A DNA stretch of 64,000 bases, from positions 124,001-188,000 of the IMG/VR virus record IMGVR_UViG_3300027770_000025. One strand, 5' to 3'. Of the stretch, positions 9,068 to 18,635 are shown in pieces (position 1 is the first letter of the stretch; each line of letters opens with the position of its first letter). The notes beneath the pieces were generated by a model, which ran no database searches, was not told the origin of the DNA, and worked only from the letters and a program-made list of their open reading frames with translations. A program made the position numbers and the translations under genes.

Positions 9068-9571
9068 ATGCGTTACTTAATTATTTTAATTCTATTTATC
9101 CCTTTTACTTCTTTAGCCCAAATAAAAACTGATAAGGCTGGGGATTTCTGGGATCTTAAAGTAGATTCAGCCCTAAATAAGATAAAGTTGATCGACTCTG
9201 TTTATTATAGTCGCATTCTTCAGGTTTGTGACACTGTTTCATTCTGGACAGGAAATTTTTCTAGCTGTTATGGTGGTTATGCAAAAAGAGGAACTATAAT
9301 TATCTCGTCTAAAGATATGAGATCCAATGATATAGATGATATTTGTGCTGTTCTCGTTCATGAGTCTCTTCATCTAAAAATATTAATGATGGGTATGGAA
9401 ATGAATGATAATAACGAGGAAGCATTATGTTATGCTTATGAGAAGCTATTTCTATTAAAGGTACCCGGGGTTAATGAATACCTTATAAAACACGCAGATG
9501 ATATGATTTTTATAATGGAGGCTAAAGGAAATCTATTTCCTCAATATCTCCCAGATCATATCCAGCATTAA
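9068..9571 (+). CDS. Secreted zincin-like metallopeptidase
   Basis: Signal peptide; VHESLH (HExxH) with downstream EEALCY. Confidence 0.6.
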   Translation: MRYLIILILFIPFTSLAQIKTDKAGDFWDLKVDSALNKIKLIDSVYYSRILQVCDTVSFWTGNFSSCYGGYAKRGTIIISSKDMRSNDIDDICAVLVHESLHLKILMMGMEMNDNNEEALCYAYEKLFLLKVPGVNEYLIKHADDMIFIMEAKGNLFPQYLPDHIQH

Positions 9572-10166
9572 AGCTTCCCTCAGCGCTAACTGACATGGAG
9601 TAGTTTTGAGAATCTGATGTTTCATAACTATCAAATATTAATGTTGTCATTTCATCATCTCTATATGTGTCAGCGTGCTCAAATTTCCCGGTAACCATAT
9701 TCTTGCCATTCCAGAATAACATCTCTATGTGGTTCTCGTTAAAATCATTGAAAGTTATTTCTCTCATTCTGGACTTATCCAGAACGTCATAAGAAAATAT
9801 TCCTTTGTGTATGTTAACGCATGACTTATATCTCATAAAGTTAGACATAATGGTGAAAGTCAGTCCATATTCAAAATTATCAAAGGGATTTGAGTAATCT
9901 ATATTGCTGACAGACATTAGAGCTTTTAGAGTTCTTTCATCTGAAGTTGGAAAGAACTCAACTTCATAATTCTTTTCTTTTAGAAACTGGACTAGTTCTA
10001 TGATTTTTTCGGCAGGATAATTCTTTCCTATATTTGCCGTATAGTTTGAAGAGTATCTTCGTCTGTTTTTGAAAATATCAACTGTTCCCAAAAATTCAGC
10101 AATCTCAAGGGCTAGATCTTCCTCCTTAGGATACGTAAATTCCTCGTACAGTTTAAGATTTTTCAT
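9522..10166 (-). CDS. Hypothetical, probable internal head protein
   Basis: MKNLKLYEEF; GATATATA 4 nt upstream (10171-10178). Confidence 0.75.
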   Translation of the reverse strand: MKNLKLYEEFTYPKEEDLALEIAEFLGTVDIFKNRRRYSSNYTANIGKNYPAEKIIELVQFLKEKNYEVEFFPTSDERTLKALMSVSNIDYSNPFDNFEYGLTFTIMSNFMRYKSCVNIHKGIFSYDVLDKSRMREITFNDFNENHIEMLFWNGKNMVTGKFEHADTYRDDEMTTLIFDSYETSDSQNYSMSVSAEGSFNAGYDLGDIEEIDFL

Positions 10167-10169
10167 GGA

Positions 10170-11201
10170 TTATATATCCATGCCTCGGAGTCTCTTCTCC
10201 CATTCCCAGGCACTCTTTAGAATGTCAAAAGTGGTTAGCTTAGACTCCCAGCCTAATACTTCCTTAGCCTTTGTGGTATCGCACCAAACTTCTGCTGTGT
10301 CTCCTGGTCTTCTGTCTGCCTTTTCACAAACAATCATATCAGGTTCAACGTCCATAACAAATGTTTCTAACATTTCGTAAACTGATGTGCCTTTACCAGT
10401 TCCTATATTAAACACATCGAATGTATGTAGTTCCTGTTTGCCAAGCCATTCTAAAGAAGCTAGATGTGCCTGAGCTAAATCTGTTACGTGAATATAGTCT
10501 CTGATAGCGGATCCGTCAGGAGTTGGAAAATCAGTTCCTGTTACCTTGATTGGTTGTTCATAGTAACCCGCTGCTGCCTGTGTGATAATAGGAACTAAAT
10601 TTCCTGGCTTACCTATTGGCATCTCTCCAATCCAACCTGAAGCATCTGCTCCTGCTGGATTAAAATATCGGAGTGCTACTGATTTTAATTTTTTGATTGC
10701 TGTGCAATCATCTAATATCCATTCTCCAACAACTTTTGAAGACCCGTAAGGTGTTGTACCCTTTGATATTGGATGGGATTCGTTTATTGGTAGATAGCGG
10801 GGTTCACCATAGACAGTGCATGAACTGGAGAATATAAAATTCTTAATATCTAGGATCTCGCATAGTCTGATCGAAGTGAGCAAAGAATCTATATTGTTTC
10901 TATAATACGTCAAAGGATTTCCCACAGAATCAGGAGAAGACTTAAGTGCAGCGAAATGAATTAGTGCATCAGCTTTTCTTGAGTGCTCACCTATTACATC
11001 ATAAATATCTAGTGGAGAATCAAGAAGAGATAACTTATAAAACGTCACGGATTTACCAGCGGCTTGTTCTATTCTTTCTATTGACTCGTGTGATGAGTTG
11101 ATCAAAGAATCTATTATAATTACTTCATGGCCTGCTCTCAGAGCTTCTACTGCTGTATGTGAACCGATATATCCTGCTCCTCCTGTGATTATTATTTTCA
11201 T
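10170..11201 (-). CDS. galE: UDP-glucose 4-epimerase
   Basis: ITGGAGYIGSHT, FSSSCTVYG, YGSSK, LRYFNP, RDYIHVTDLA, RRPGD; start MKIIIT at 11201. Confidence 0.93.
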   Translation of the reverse strand: MKIIITGGAGYIGSHTAVEALRAGHEVIIIDSLINSSHESIERIEQAAGKSVTFYKLSLLDSPLDIYDVIGEHSRKADALIHFAALKSSPDSVGNPLTYYRNNIDSLLTSIRLCEILDIKNFIFSSSCTVYGEPRYLPINESHPISKGTTPYGSSKVVGEWILDDCTAIKKLKSVALRYFNPAGADASGWIGEMPIGKPGNLVPIITQAAAGYYEQPIKVTGTDFPTPDGSAIRDYIHVTDLAQAHLASLEWLGKQELHTFDVFNIGTGKGTSVYEMLETFVMDVEPDMIVCEKADRRPGDTAEVWCDTTKAKEVLGWESKLTTFDILKSAWEWEKRLRGMDI

Positions 11202-11211
11202 ATACTGTTTT

Positions 11212-11358
11212 CTAGCTCGGTTCTTTTTTATCTTCCGTATCAATAAATAATTTTGCACACTTGTACCCGATCCACATTCCGATTGAAATACCTAAACATA
11301 AACCACCGAAGAATAATCTCATCTCCATTGGTGTAAAAACCTCATTGATTGTTCCCAT
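11212..11358 (-). CDS. 48-aa single-pass membrane protein
   Basis: Not in ORF track. Hand translation MGTINEVFTPMEMRLFFGGLCLGISIGMWIGYKCAKLF... fills the gap between genes. Confidence 0.6.
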   Translation of the reverse strand: MGTINEVFTPMEMRLFFGGLCLGISIGMWIGYKCAKLFIDTEDKKEPS

Positions 11359-11359
11359 G

Positions 11360-12451
11360 TTACTTCTCTTTTAATAAAAACGTATTTGATATAGCTTTGA
11401 AAGAAACGCTCTTGTCTTTGTTTCTAATAACTATACCTTCTCTATCTGTTAACCCATTCAATCTTGACTTGTCATCAGCATATCTGATGATCTCATCGAT
11501 AGTTGGTGGTAATTTGTAATCGTAATTAACAACCGGTACAAGCTCTAGTGGTTTGTTATCAACATTTACTTTTTGTAGAAAATGCACCATGTCATCAAGG
11601 CCAAGGTATTCTTGAGTGTCTATATTGAAGATGTTAAAGATTAATACTGTTTGACCCTTGAGCTTATATGCATTACCTTGAATTCCCTCTCCGATAAGCT
11701 CACCCTGAATTGCATAGTTCTCTTCTAGAGTTCCTAATTTTTCTTCGATATGCAATTCTCTTGCAACCTTCCAGAATGTATTCCCTTCACTTTCTAATAG
11801 CTCCAGATTTCTGGAACACACCCCAAACACACCATCTCTAAAGTAGTATGTTGCAGAACTACCATCGAGCTTTTCTGTAACATAATATGGCTTATCCTTC
11901 ATGCTCTCGTATTCAGCAGTCATGTTCTGGATTCTTTCCTCATCAGTTTTTCTAATGAATCCAGGGAATCCGCCTTTAACTTTTCCTGATAATTCTGCTG
12001 GGATCGGCGGTTCGTATTTGAGGACACACATGTAAGCTGTAACATCAGCTCCCTCTTCGATAACTATTGCATCATCATAAGGTCCAAGCTGAAGTTGGTC
12101 ACCCCAAGGTTGTTTACTGATCCCGATTTTCATTTCATCATCCTTTTCCAGAACGCTTAACGGTAAGCAAAGTCCCTGTGAAACTTGCCCCTTTAATTTG
12201 ATGGTTCTTAATCTGAATCCTTCTAAGTCACCCATCTTTCTGTAAGATGATTTTCTTAGGAATTCGAAATCTTTTTCCATCGGTAAGAATGAATCGATTT
12301 CGAAGTAAACACAAAGATCCCCTTCTTTAAATTCTCCCTTCTTAGTAACAACCCTCCAAGAGTTAATTGTTACCATTTCTATTGCGTCTGCTCCCATAAT
12401 GGGCAATACTGATCCTATCCTTTGGATGGATGCTAATTTTCTATTTTCCAT
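11360..12451 (-). CDS. RNA ligase, Rnl2/DRB0094 family
   Basis: RKLASIQRI N-domain, YFEIDSFLP, TEKLDGSS, QGELIGEGIQ, REGIVIR, FKAIS. Confidence 0.88.
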   Translation of the reverse strand: MENRKLASIQRIGSVLPIMGADAIEMVTINSWRVVTKKGEFKEGDLCVYFEIDSFLPMEKDFEFLRKSSYRKMGDLEGFRLRTIKLKGQVSQGLCLPLSVLEKDDEMKIGISKQPWGDQLQLGPYDDAIVIEEGADVTAYMCVLKYEPPIPAELSGKVKGGFPGFIRKTDEERIQNMTAEYESMKDKPYYVTEKLDGSSATYYFRDGVFGVCSRNLELLESEGNTFWKVARELHIEEKLGTLEENYAIQGELIGEGIQGNAYKLKGQTVLIFNIFNIDTQEYLGLDDMVHFLQKVNVDNKPLELVPVVNYDYKLPPTIDEIIRYADDKSRLNGLTDREGIVIRNKDKSVSFKAISNTFLLKEK

Positions 12452-12457
12452 TTTATT

Positions 12458-12667
12458 TTATTTATTGTACCATGAAACGTGTGTGGCGTTAAGTTGTGGA
12501 TCGGAGAACACCATATCCTCAGATTCCATACCGTCTTTCATCCAGTAACCGTGGCCATCCCACTTTGTTAATTCTTTTCCTTCAACTGCGGTGTTGAAAT
12601 TTTCAACCGTCAGTATTTCTGATGCTCTCCTAGGAGAGTTGCTGTAAATTCTTAGAGCCGTTTCCAT
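12458..12667 (-). CDS. Small hypothetical protein
   Basis: Packed ORF. Confidence 0.6.
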   Translation of the reverse strand: METALRIYSNSPRRASEILTVENFNTAVEGKELTKWDGHGYWMKDGMESEDMVFSDPQLNATHVSWYNK

Positions 12668-12673
12668 TTTTTT

Positions 12674-13129
12674 TTATTGTTCTTCGGATATCTTATTGAT
12701 TGTTTGTGAAATTATTTCATTATAGGGTAGCCATTCCAATGTCATTTTTTCCTTTTTGTAAGCAGCCGGAACGTGGCATCCGTGATTTTCCATCGGTATC
12801 AATGCTCTGCATTGAGCAGGTCTAGCTTCAAAAGATTTTGAACAACCAGTTTCCGTTAAGAAAACACATTCACCTCCCCAGGATCCGTCTACTATTTTAC
12901 CAACAGATTTCTTAGTCTGTGGTCTTAAATAATAGAGCGTGATGTCTTCGTGTTCAGGTTTACCCGTCATATTCCCTTCCCAGTAATCAAATTGATACCC
13001 TTTTTTAAAAAGGTCGCTTAGAGATTCGACAGTTATTTCACTTAGATCTTTAGGTGAAACTATCCCCGGCATTCCTTTGCAGCATTTACCGCATTTAGAA
13101 CACAGTGATATATTTTCGTTATTTTCCAT
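12674..13129 (-). CDS. YkgJ-like cysteine-cluster (CxxCxxCC) protein
   Basis: CSKCGKCC, CVFL..GC...RPAQC. Confidence 0.8.
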   Translation of the reverse strand: MENNENISLCSKCGKCCKGMPGIVSPKDLSEITVESLSDLFKKGYQFDYWEGNMTGKPEHEDITLYYLRPQTKKSVGKIVDGSWGGECVFLTETGCSKSFEARPAQCRALIPMENHGCHVPAAYKKEKMTLEWLPYNEIISQTINKISEEQ

Positions 13130-13158
13130 CGATGTGAATCTAATTCCTTTATTTTCCT

Positions 13159-13190
13159 CAAATTTATAACATATGGGCGAGATAAAAAAA
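13159..13190 (-). promoter_or_regulatory. Early promoter copy
   Basis: TTTTTTTATCTCG-N11-TAAATTTG. Confidence 0.75.
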
Positions 13191-13225
13191 TATTATTTGA
13201 TAATTTTATCGGATATATAAGTCAC

Positions 13226-14311
13226 ATGACTAATATATTAGATTTTACATCCTTTATTAACGAAGCTGAAAATGTTTACTCTGGAGGAGGCGATCCATAT
13301 TCATATAAGGTGATTAACGGGGAATGGTGGACAAAAGGTCCTCAGATTCCAAATTGGAAAAGTATAGGTGACAACGTAAGAGCCACCCAGATACTAGATA
13401 CAAGATATCCAGGTACAAGAGGAAATGTGGGTATTCCAAATCCTACCCAAGTTTCATCTATATACCAAAGCAATACATCTAATCAATATAATCCGCAAAC
13501 ATCAGCTATAACTCAGACATCTAAGGACATTATGGTTTGTTCCCATGCTGCTAGATGGGATGGCCCAGGGGGAACGAAAGTTTTTAACTCAATTAAGAAT
13601 TTTGAACTAAATGTTAAGAACGGGACAGATATGATAGAAGTTGATATTCAGATCACAGCAGACGGTGTTCCTGTTTTATATCACGACGGAACATTGGATG
13701 CTAGAACTTCAGCTAAAGGTAAAATTCAGAATAAAAATTGGGCCGAGGTAAAGAACATATCATACGACGAGGATCCTAAAGAGAAGATACCTTCATTAGC
13801 AGAAGCAGTTAGAATACTCAAAACTAGCAATAAAACTAAATTACAGTTGGATAAGTGTGATGCTTCAGAGCTTGCTATTATTCACAAATTAGGTCTACTT
13901 AAAGGTATAGAGAACAGAGTTATTGCGAAGGGAACTTCGTACACCCCACCGGCGATAATTAGAAGTATGGGAATCCAATGGATGCCAATAATACCCGGAA
14001 ATATGGTTGGTTCTATAACGGATCAAAAAAATGCAGATTCCGTTGTTGCTAAATGCTCTCCGGGATATCTTGAATATCAATTTAGCGATTCAGATACTTA
14101 TGTAACTAATGGGTATCTTTCAGATGCTCTAAGAGCTAGAGGCGTTATGCCTTTAGTTGTAGCTGTAGGCGGAACAGATAAGACCAACGGAAAATCTTTC
14201 AGAGGAGACGGAGATTCTGCATGGAATAAAATGATAACACAGATTAATCCTAGTGTTATTATGACAAATAGCCCAAAGAGATTAAGAGATAAAATAAATT
14301 CTACCAGATAA
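13226..14311 (+). CDS. Glycerophosphodiester phosphodiesterase (GDPD) domain protein with capsid-targeting-like N-terminus
   Basis: GTDMIEVDIQITADGVPVLYHDGTLD; MTNILDFTSFINE; GATATATA at 13212-13219. Confidence 0.8.
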   Translation: MTNILDFTSFINEAENVYSGGGDPYSYKVINGEWWTKGPQIPNWKSIGDNVRATQILDTRYPGTRGNVGIPNPTQVSSIYQSNTSNQYNPQTSAITQTSKDIMVCSHAARWDGPGGTKVFNSIKNFELNVKNGTDMIEVDIQITADGVPVLYHDGTLDARTSAKGKIQNKNWAEVKNISYDEDPKEKIPSLAEAVRILKTSNKTKLQLDKCDASELAIIHKLGLLKGIENRVIAKGTSYTPPAIIRSMGIQWMPIIPGNMVGSITDQKNADSVVAKCSPGYLEYQFSDSDTYVTNGYLSDALRARGVMPLVVAVGGTDKTNGKSFRGDGDSAWNKMITQINPSVIMTNSPKRLRDKINSTR

Positions 14312-14889
14312 TGAAATATCCTAAGAAATATTTAACAACTAATCCCAATATCATGAAAAGAGAGATCAAGAAGCATGCAGGCAAAGCTGATAATGACGGT
14401 TCTGCATATAAAGAATGGGACGCCGATTATAAAAGCGGAAAAGCAGGAAAGGGTAAAGCAGTTCCAACTAAGACCAGCAAGTACACTAAGAAGTACAAGG
14501 AAATGTTTGGTGAAGGTGAGGAATATGTTTCTAACAACATAGTTAGCTATGATTCATATGAAGATCCACAAAACGTCTTTGAAGAAATAGTACTAGAGGA
14601 CGAAAGCATAACAGCTGAAATGCTAGAAGAAGCTTCAAAAATGAGTAAGGATAGCCCAGTTTATAAGGGTCTTAAGAATAAGTCTGACAAGACAGGATTT
14701 CCATTGGGTATATTAAAGCAAGTTTGGGGTAGAGGATATGCTGCTTGGAAAATAGGACATATACCAGGAACAACACCTCAGCAATGGGCAATGGCTAGGG
14801 TTAATTCATTTTTAACTGGGGGTAAAACTACTAAGATGGGTGATAAAGCTCTTTATAAGAGCGCTAAAGCTAATTTAAAGGATCATTAA
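14311..14889 (+). CDS. Conserved phage protein (DUF5824-like C-terminus)
   Basis: LKNKSDKTGFPLGILKQVWGRGYAAW..GHIPGTTPQQWAMARVNSF. Confidence 0.6.
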   Translation: MKYPKKYLTTNPNIMKREIKKHAGKADNDGSAYKEWDADYKSGKAGKGKAVPTKTSKYTKKYKEMFGEGEEYVSNNIVSYDSYEDPQNVFEEIVLEDESITAEMLEEASKMSKDSPVYKGLKNKSDKTGFPLGILKQVWGRGYAAWKIGHIPGTTPQQWAMARVNSFLTGGKTTKMGDKALYKSAKANLKDH

Positions 14890-14891
14890 GA

Positions 14892-15917
14892 TTATTCCTT
14901 TTGTGTTATCCTAAGCCCTATGTTTATTTCAATATCAAATGGCATAGTAATAAATCTATCGTGATATATTTTTTCTCCTTCGTGGAATACCTTAATTTCT
15001 AACCCGTTATTTTCCTGAATATAATCACTATGCCAAGTTCCACTATTGAGGGTAACCCGTGAAGACATATTAAATTCCTGATTATCCTCAGCATTCACAA
15101 ATATAATGTACACCTTAGTTTGCGTGTCGCATTCAAACGAGGCATTACATTTTCCTGAATCTGCCCATATTCTTAGTTTACCTGATGTTCTGACAGTTAC
15201 ATCATTTCTGCTATCCTCCCTTATTATAGCAGTCTTTCCTCTAAGACCCACATGGTGATTAGAGAACTCCGATTTAGAATAATCCATCCAGCTTTCTGAT
15301 ATTAAATTATTTCGTAAATCTAATATATGTCCATGTAATTTCTTTTGTGTGCGGTATAGATTTGTATCCAATAAATACTCATTCTCGGAAATCATATTCC
15401 ATTTTTTTTCAAAGAAAGATAATGCACATCCTCTATTAGGAGACAGAGGTGATTCTTTTTCGGGATATCTGCTAAAATCATATCCCCATATGATCGCTTT
15501 ATTAAATAGCTTCAATCTCAGCGAGAAGTCATCATCCTCATACTCAGATCCAAGGTACCTCTCGTCGAATAGCCCTATATTTCTAAATAGCTCAACTGTT
15601 GCTCCACAATATCCTGTTCCTATAACGGAAACAAAACAATACCCGGAGATCAGCTTATCAATCATGTGATCTATGTCACTAATTAGAGGTTCAATCTTGG
15701 GATTAATGAATATAATATATTCGTTCGGTGATTCCGATATGCACTCATTTGCTATTTGGGACCATGTATAATAATAACCCTCAAATTTATCGCATCTTCT
15801 CCAGAAGAAGAAATCATAGTCCGAGTTTTGACTTAAAATGGAATCCTGCTGTGCATTAGTTTGCCCGACATTACCCCCAATAAAGCATATGGTTATTTTT
15901 TTGGACCTTTCTATCAT
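14892..15917 (-). CDS. Glycosyltransferase, GT2-like (GT-A)
   Basis: IGLFDERYLGSEYEDDDFSLR; located in sugar cluster. Confidence 0.7.
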   Translation of the reverse strand: MIERSKKITICFIGGNVGQTNAQQDSILSQNSDYDFFFWRRCDKFEGYYYTWSQIANECISESPNEYIIFINPKIEPLISDIDHMIDKLISGYCFVSVIGTGYCGATVELFRNIGLFDERYLGSEYEDDDFSLRLKLFNKAIIWGYDFSRYPEKESPLSPNRGCALSFFEKKWNMISENEYLLDTNLYRTQKKLHGHILDLRNNLISESWMDYSKSEFSNHHVGLRGKTAIIREDSRNDVTVRTSGKLRIWADSGKCNASFECDTQTKVYIIFVNAEDNQEFNMSSRVTLNSGTWHSDYIQENNGLEIKVFHEGEKIYHDRFITMPFDIEINIGLRITQKE

Positions 15918-16978
15918 TTTTCTATTTTTAAAAAGTAGGTGTCTGGTTTATTAGGATCAAAAATCTCATTTGTCCAGAAAGCGCATATCAATTCTTCGTC
16001 ACCTATATTCTTTAACGTGTGCACATTCATAACTGGTATATCTATAACCTTATTGTCGCTATCCGATATGGCGAATGTTTCCACCTCATTTCTGTCTGGT
16101 TTTTGAAACTCTATCTCTGCGGATCCTTTGATAACTATAAATCTCTCTATTTTATGGAAATGAAAATGATTACCCCTTGTTATACCAGGCTTTGTTATCG
16201 AATAAAACATGTGACTATTTCGTGACTTCGTTCTTAGACACTCCAGCAGATAGCCTCTCTCATCAGATTTCCTATCTAGATCTCTAACAGGATTTGAAAA
16301 TGATCTGAACGTATTGAATAAATCAATATCAAATTTGCTATCCATATCGGGTATTGTGTTATTTGAATTATAATCCGAATTATAAATTGATAGCTTATTT
16401 AATACCTCCGATACTTTTATCCGGGTTGTTGTAAAATCCCGGCGTTCATTTACGATTATTGAATGTATATGTTCACATAAATCAGTAACGTAGACGAGCT
16501 CAACCTCATTATCATCGATGATAGTTGGTGTTCCACCATAGCTTAATAGATAGGAGAATGTTGATATAAATGAATTGTAATGTGGCTTGCATAAAGGACC
16601 AAATACATTTGGTATTTTTAATGACTCAACATCCCCAGAATATGAGCTTCTTAATGCAGCAACTGATTCTTGCTTGGCTGTTCCGTATTCTGTTCCGTTA
16701 CCTTCCTGTAGTGATGATGTAAATATTAATTTAGGGGTCAACCATAAATCTCCCAGTATGGAAATCAGATCGTTTGTTATACCCATATTTCTATCATACA
16801 CATCCTCACCCCGATTTACGCCAGCTAAATGCACTATCACGTCGCATGATTCAATTGATTTTATATCGTTCTGGAATCTCCCGCTTGATGGAAGCACCTC
16901 CAGATCTGTTCGGTGTTTTAAATACTGTGTCAGATGATATCCGATAAAACCTTGTGCTCCTGTTATGTAAACTTTCAT
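15914..16978 (-). CDS. NAD-dependent reductase + cupin, WbjC/CapF (FnlB)-like
   Basis: ITGAQGFIG, VHLAGVNR, YGTAK; C-terminal RGNHFHFHKIERF..KG..HTLKNIG..FWTNE..PDTYF. Confidence 0.88.
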   Translation of the reverse strand: MKVYITGAQGFIGYHLTQYLKHRTDLEVLPSSGRFQNDIKSIESCDVIVHLAGVNRGEDVYDRNMGITNDLISILGDLWLTPKLIFTSSLQEGNGTEYGTAKQESVAALRSSYSGDVESLKIPNVFGPLCKPHYNSFISTFSYLLSYGGTPTIIDDNEVELVYVTDLCEHIHSIIVNERRDFTTTRIKVSEVLNKLSIYNSDYNSNNTIPDMDSKFDIDLFNTFRSFSNPVRDLDRKSDERGYLLECLRTKSRNSHMFYSITKPGITRGNHFHFHKIERFIVIKGSAEIEFQKPDRNEVETFAISDSDNKVIDIPVMNVHTLKNIGDEELICAFWTNEIFDPNKPDTYFLKIEK

Positions 16979-17907
16979 GATTTAAAATAGTTGTGTTGTG
17001 TTAATATTGATTCCAGCTCCTCTTTGCTCACAACAACAAGATCACTTGTTAGTTGTTTAAGTCCTAGAGTCTCGTTTACTATATCTCGATAGTGCATGTA
17101 ATACGTGTTATTGCTGCTATCGTAGCTTGTTCGCGGTGATTCCTCCTCGGAGATCATCATCTCGTGAAGTTTCTCTGATATTCGCGGTTCACCTATTCTA
17201 TATTTAAGACCAAATTTATCTGCATAGATTTCAAAAAGATCCTTTACTCTAAATGATTTAAGATTTGGTATCACATTATACCCGTTAACTTCCAACCCTC
17301 TTTCGATCAGATTCATTGCTTCCCCTATATCTATCATGAATCTTGTCATGTGCTCGGAATAAAGAACCAGTTCATAACCTTCAGCTATCGAATTCCAGAT
17401 AAGAGGAATAATGCTGCCTGTAGAATTCATGACGTTTCCATATACTGCGCAGGACAATCTGGTCTTAGATTCTTCGGCATTAACGATAAAGCTTTCGCCG
17501 GCCACAAACTTCATCGACCCATATAGCGTGGTAGCTGCTCTGGATTTATCACTAGAGATGAAGCAAGCTGCTTCGAATCCGCACTCCTCGGAAACTCTTC
17601 TAGAATTAATTGCACCTTTAACTATAATCTCAAGAGCCTCTTCTACATTCTGATCCACGGCCTCTATTTGTTTTAAAGAAGCAGCAAAGATTCCGATGTC
17701 GTGACCTGATGCTGATCTTTTTAAAAGATCAAAATTTCTAACATCACCCACTATACATTTTACGTTGGGATATCTTTTTTTAAGGTAATAATGCTTTGCT
17801 TCGTCTCTTGAGTATACCGTGATTTCATTATCTTTGTAATATCTCTTTACTAGATTCCATCCGAGATATCCTGCACCGCCAGTAATAAAAATTTTCTTAC
17901 CTATCAT
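16975..17907 (-). CDS. UDP-GlcNAc 4,6-dehydratase, WbjB/CapE/PseB-like
   Basis: ITGGAGYLG, YSRDEAK, GDVR, AASLKQI, SSDK, YGNV..STGSIIP, MTRF, EKLHE. Confidence 0.88.
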   Translation of the reverse strand: MIGKKIFITGGAGYLGWNLVKRYYKDNEITVYSRDEAKHYYLKKRYPNVKCIVGDVRNFDLLKRSASGHDIGIFAASLKQIEAVDQNVEEALEIIVKGAINSRRVSEECGFEAACFISSDKSRAATTLYGSMKFVAGESFIVNAEESKTRLSCAVYGNVMNSTGSIIPLIWNSIAEGYELVLYSEHMTRFMIDIGEAMNLIERGLEVNGYNVIPNLKSFRVKDLFEIYADKFGLKYRIGEPRISEKLHEMMISEEESPRTSYDSSNNTYYMHYRDIVNETLGLKQLTSDLVVVSKEELESILTQHNYFKS

Positions 17908-18635
17908 AATTTTTTATTTTGGTAATCTATAACTGAATAACCTACTGGCTCATGCACAATAGGAGCTGAGGTAGCAAATATAGGAACTCTCGTATCGTAA
18001 TTCCAATAAAGCCAAATATCCCAAGCATGCCAACCGCTATTCTTTAATTTGTTCTGCATGCTTTCTTTTTCTAATTCGAATACCATATAACAGTGTGCAC
18101 ATAGAAAATGATCAATCTGTTTATACTTACCCATATAGATCGCTGTGTCTGAAACCGAAGCTTTTGATGCAGTTCCATAACTAACTGCTCCGAATGTAAA
18201 CATTGCACCAGATCTCTGAACACCAAATTCATATGCATCATAAATCTCCTTAACCATTTCTTCTGGGCTCACGTCATACACAACATCACTTTCGATAACC
18301 AGAATAGCATCGTAATTTCCGAAGTCTTCAATAGCAGATCTATGAGCAACGTAAGCTCCGTAGTGGCCATATGATAATACCGGTGGGACGTTGATAAATT
18401 CCTTAGATGTGTTTATGATCTCCGGCTGTGCGCAATTCTCTGATGGTAAATCAGTACGATTAACAACGGAATACATCTGGGAATAACAAGCAAAATTACT
18501 AGCTATTTTTTCAAATGCAGAAATTGACGCTTTCTGTTTATCCATAGCTGAATCCCATCTTTCGGAATGAATATCTTGAGGCTGATTAGGATCCAGTAGT
18601 AAATGACAGATTTTAATTCTTGGTCTTACGCTCAT
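17904..18635 (-). CDS. Probable glycosyltransferase (GT25-like)
   Basis: GHYGAYVAH, ILVIESD, AHCYMV; cluster context. Confidence 0.5.
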   Translation of the reverse strand: MSVRPRIKICHLLLDPNQPQDIHSERWDSAMDKQKASISAFEKIASNFACYSQMYSVVNRTDLPSENCAQPEIINTSKEFINVPPVLSYGHYGAYVAHRSAIEDFGNYDAILVIESDVVYDVSPEEMVKEIYDAYEFGVQRSGAMFTFGAVSYGTASKASVSDTAIYMGKYKQIDHFLCAHCYMVFELEKESMQNKLKNSGWHAWDIWLYWNYDTRVPIFATSAPIVHEPVGYSVIDYQNKKL

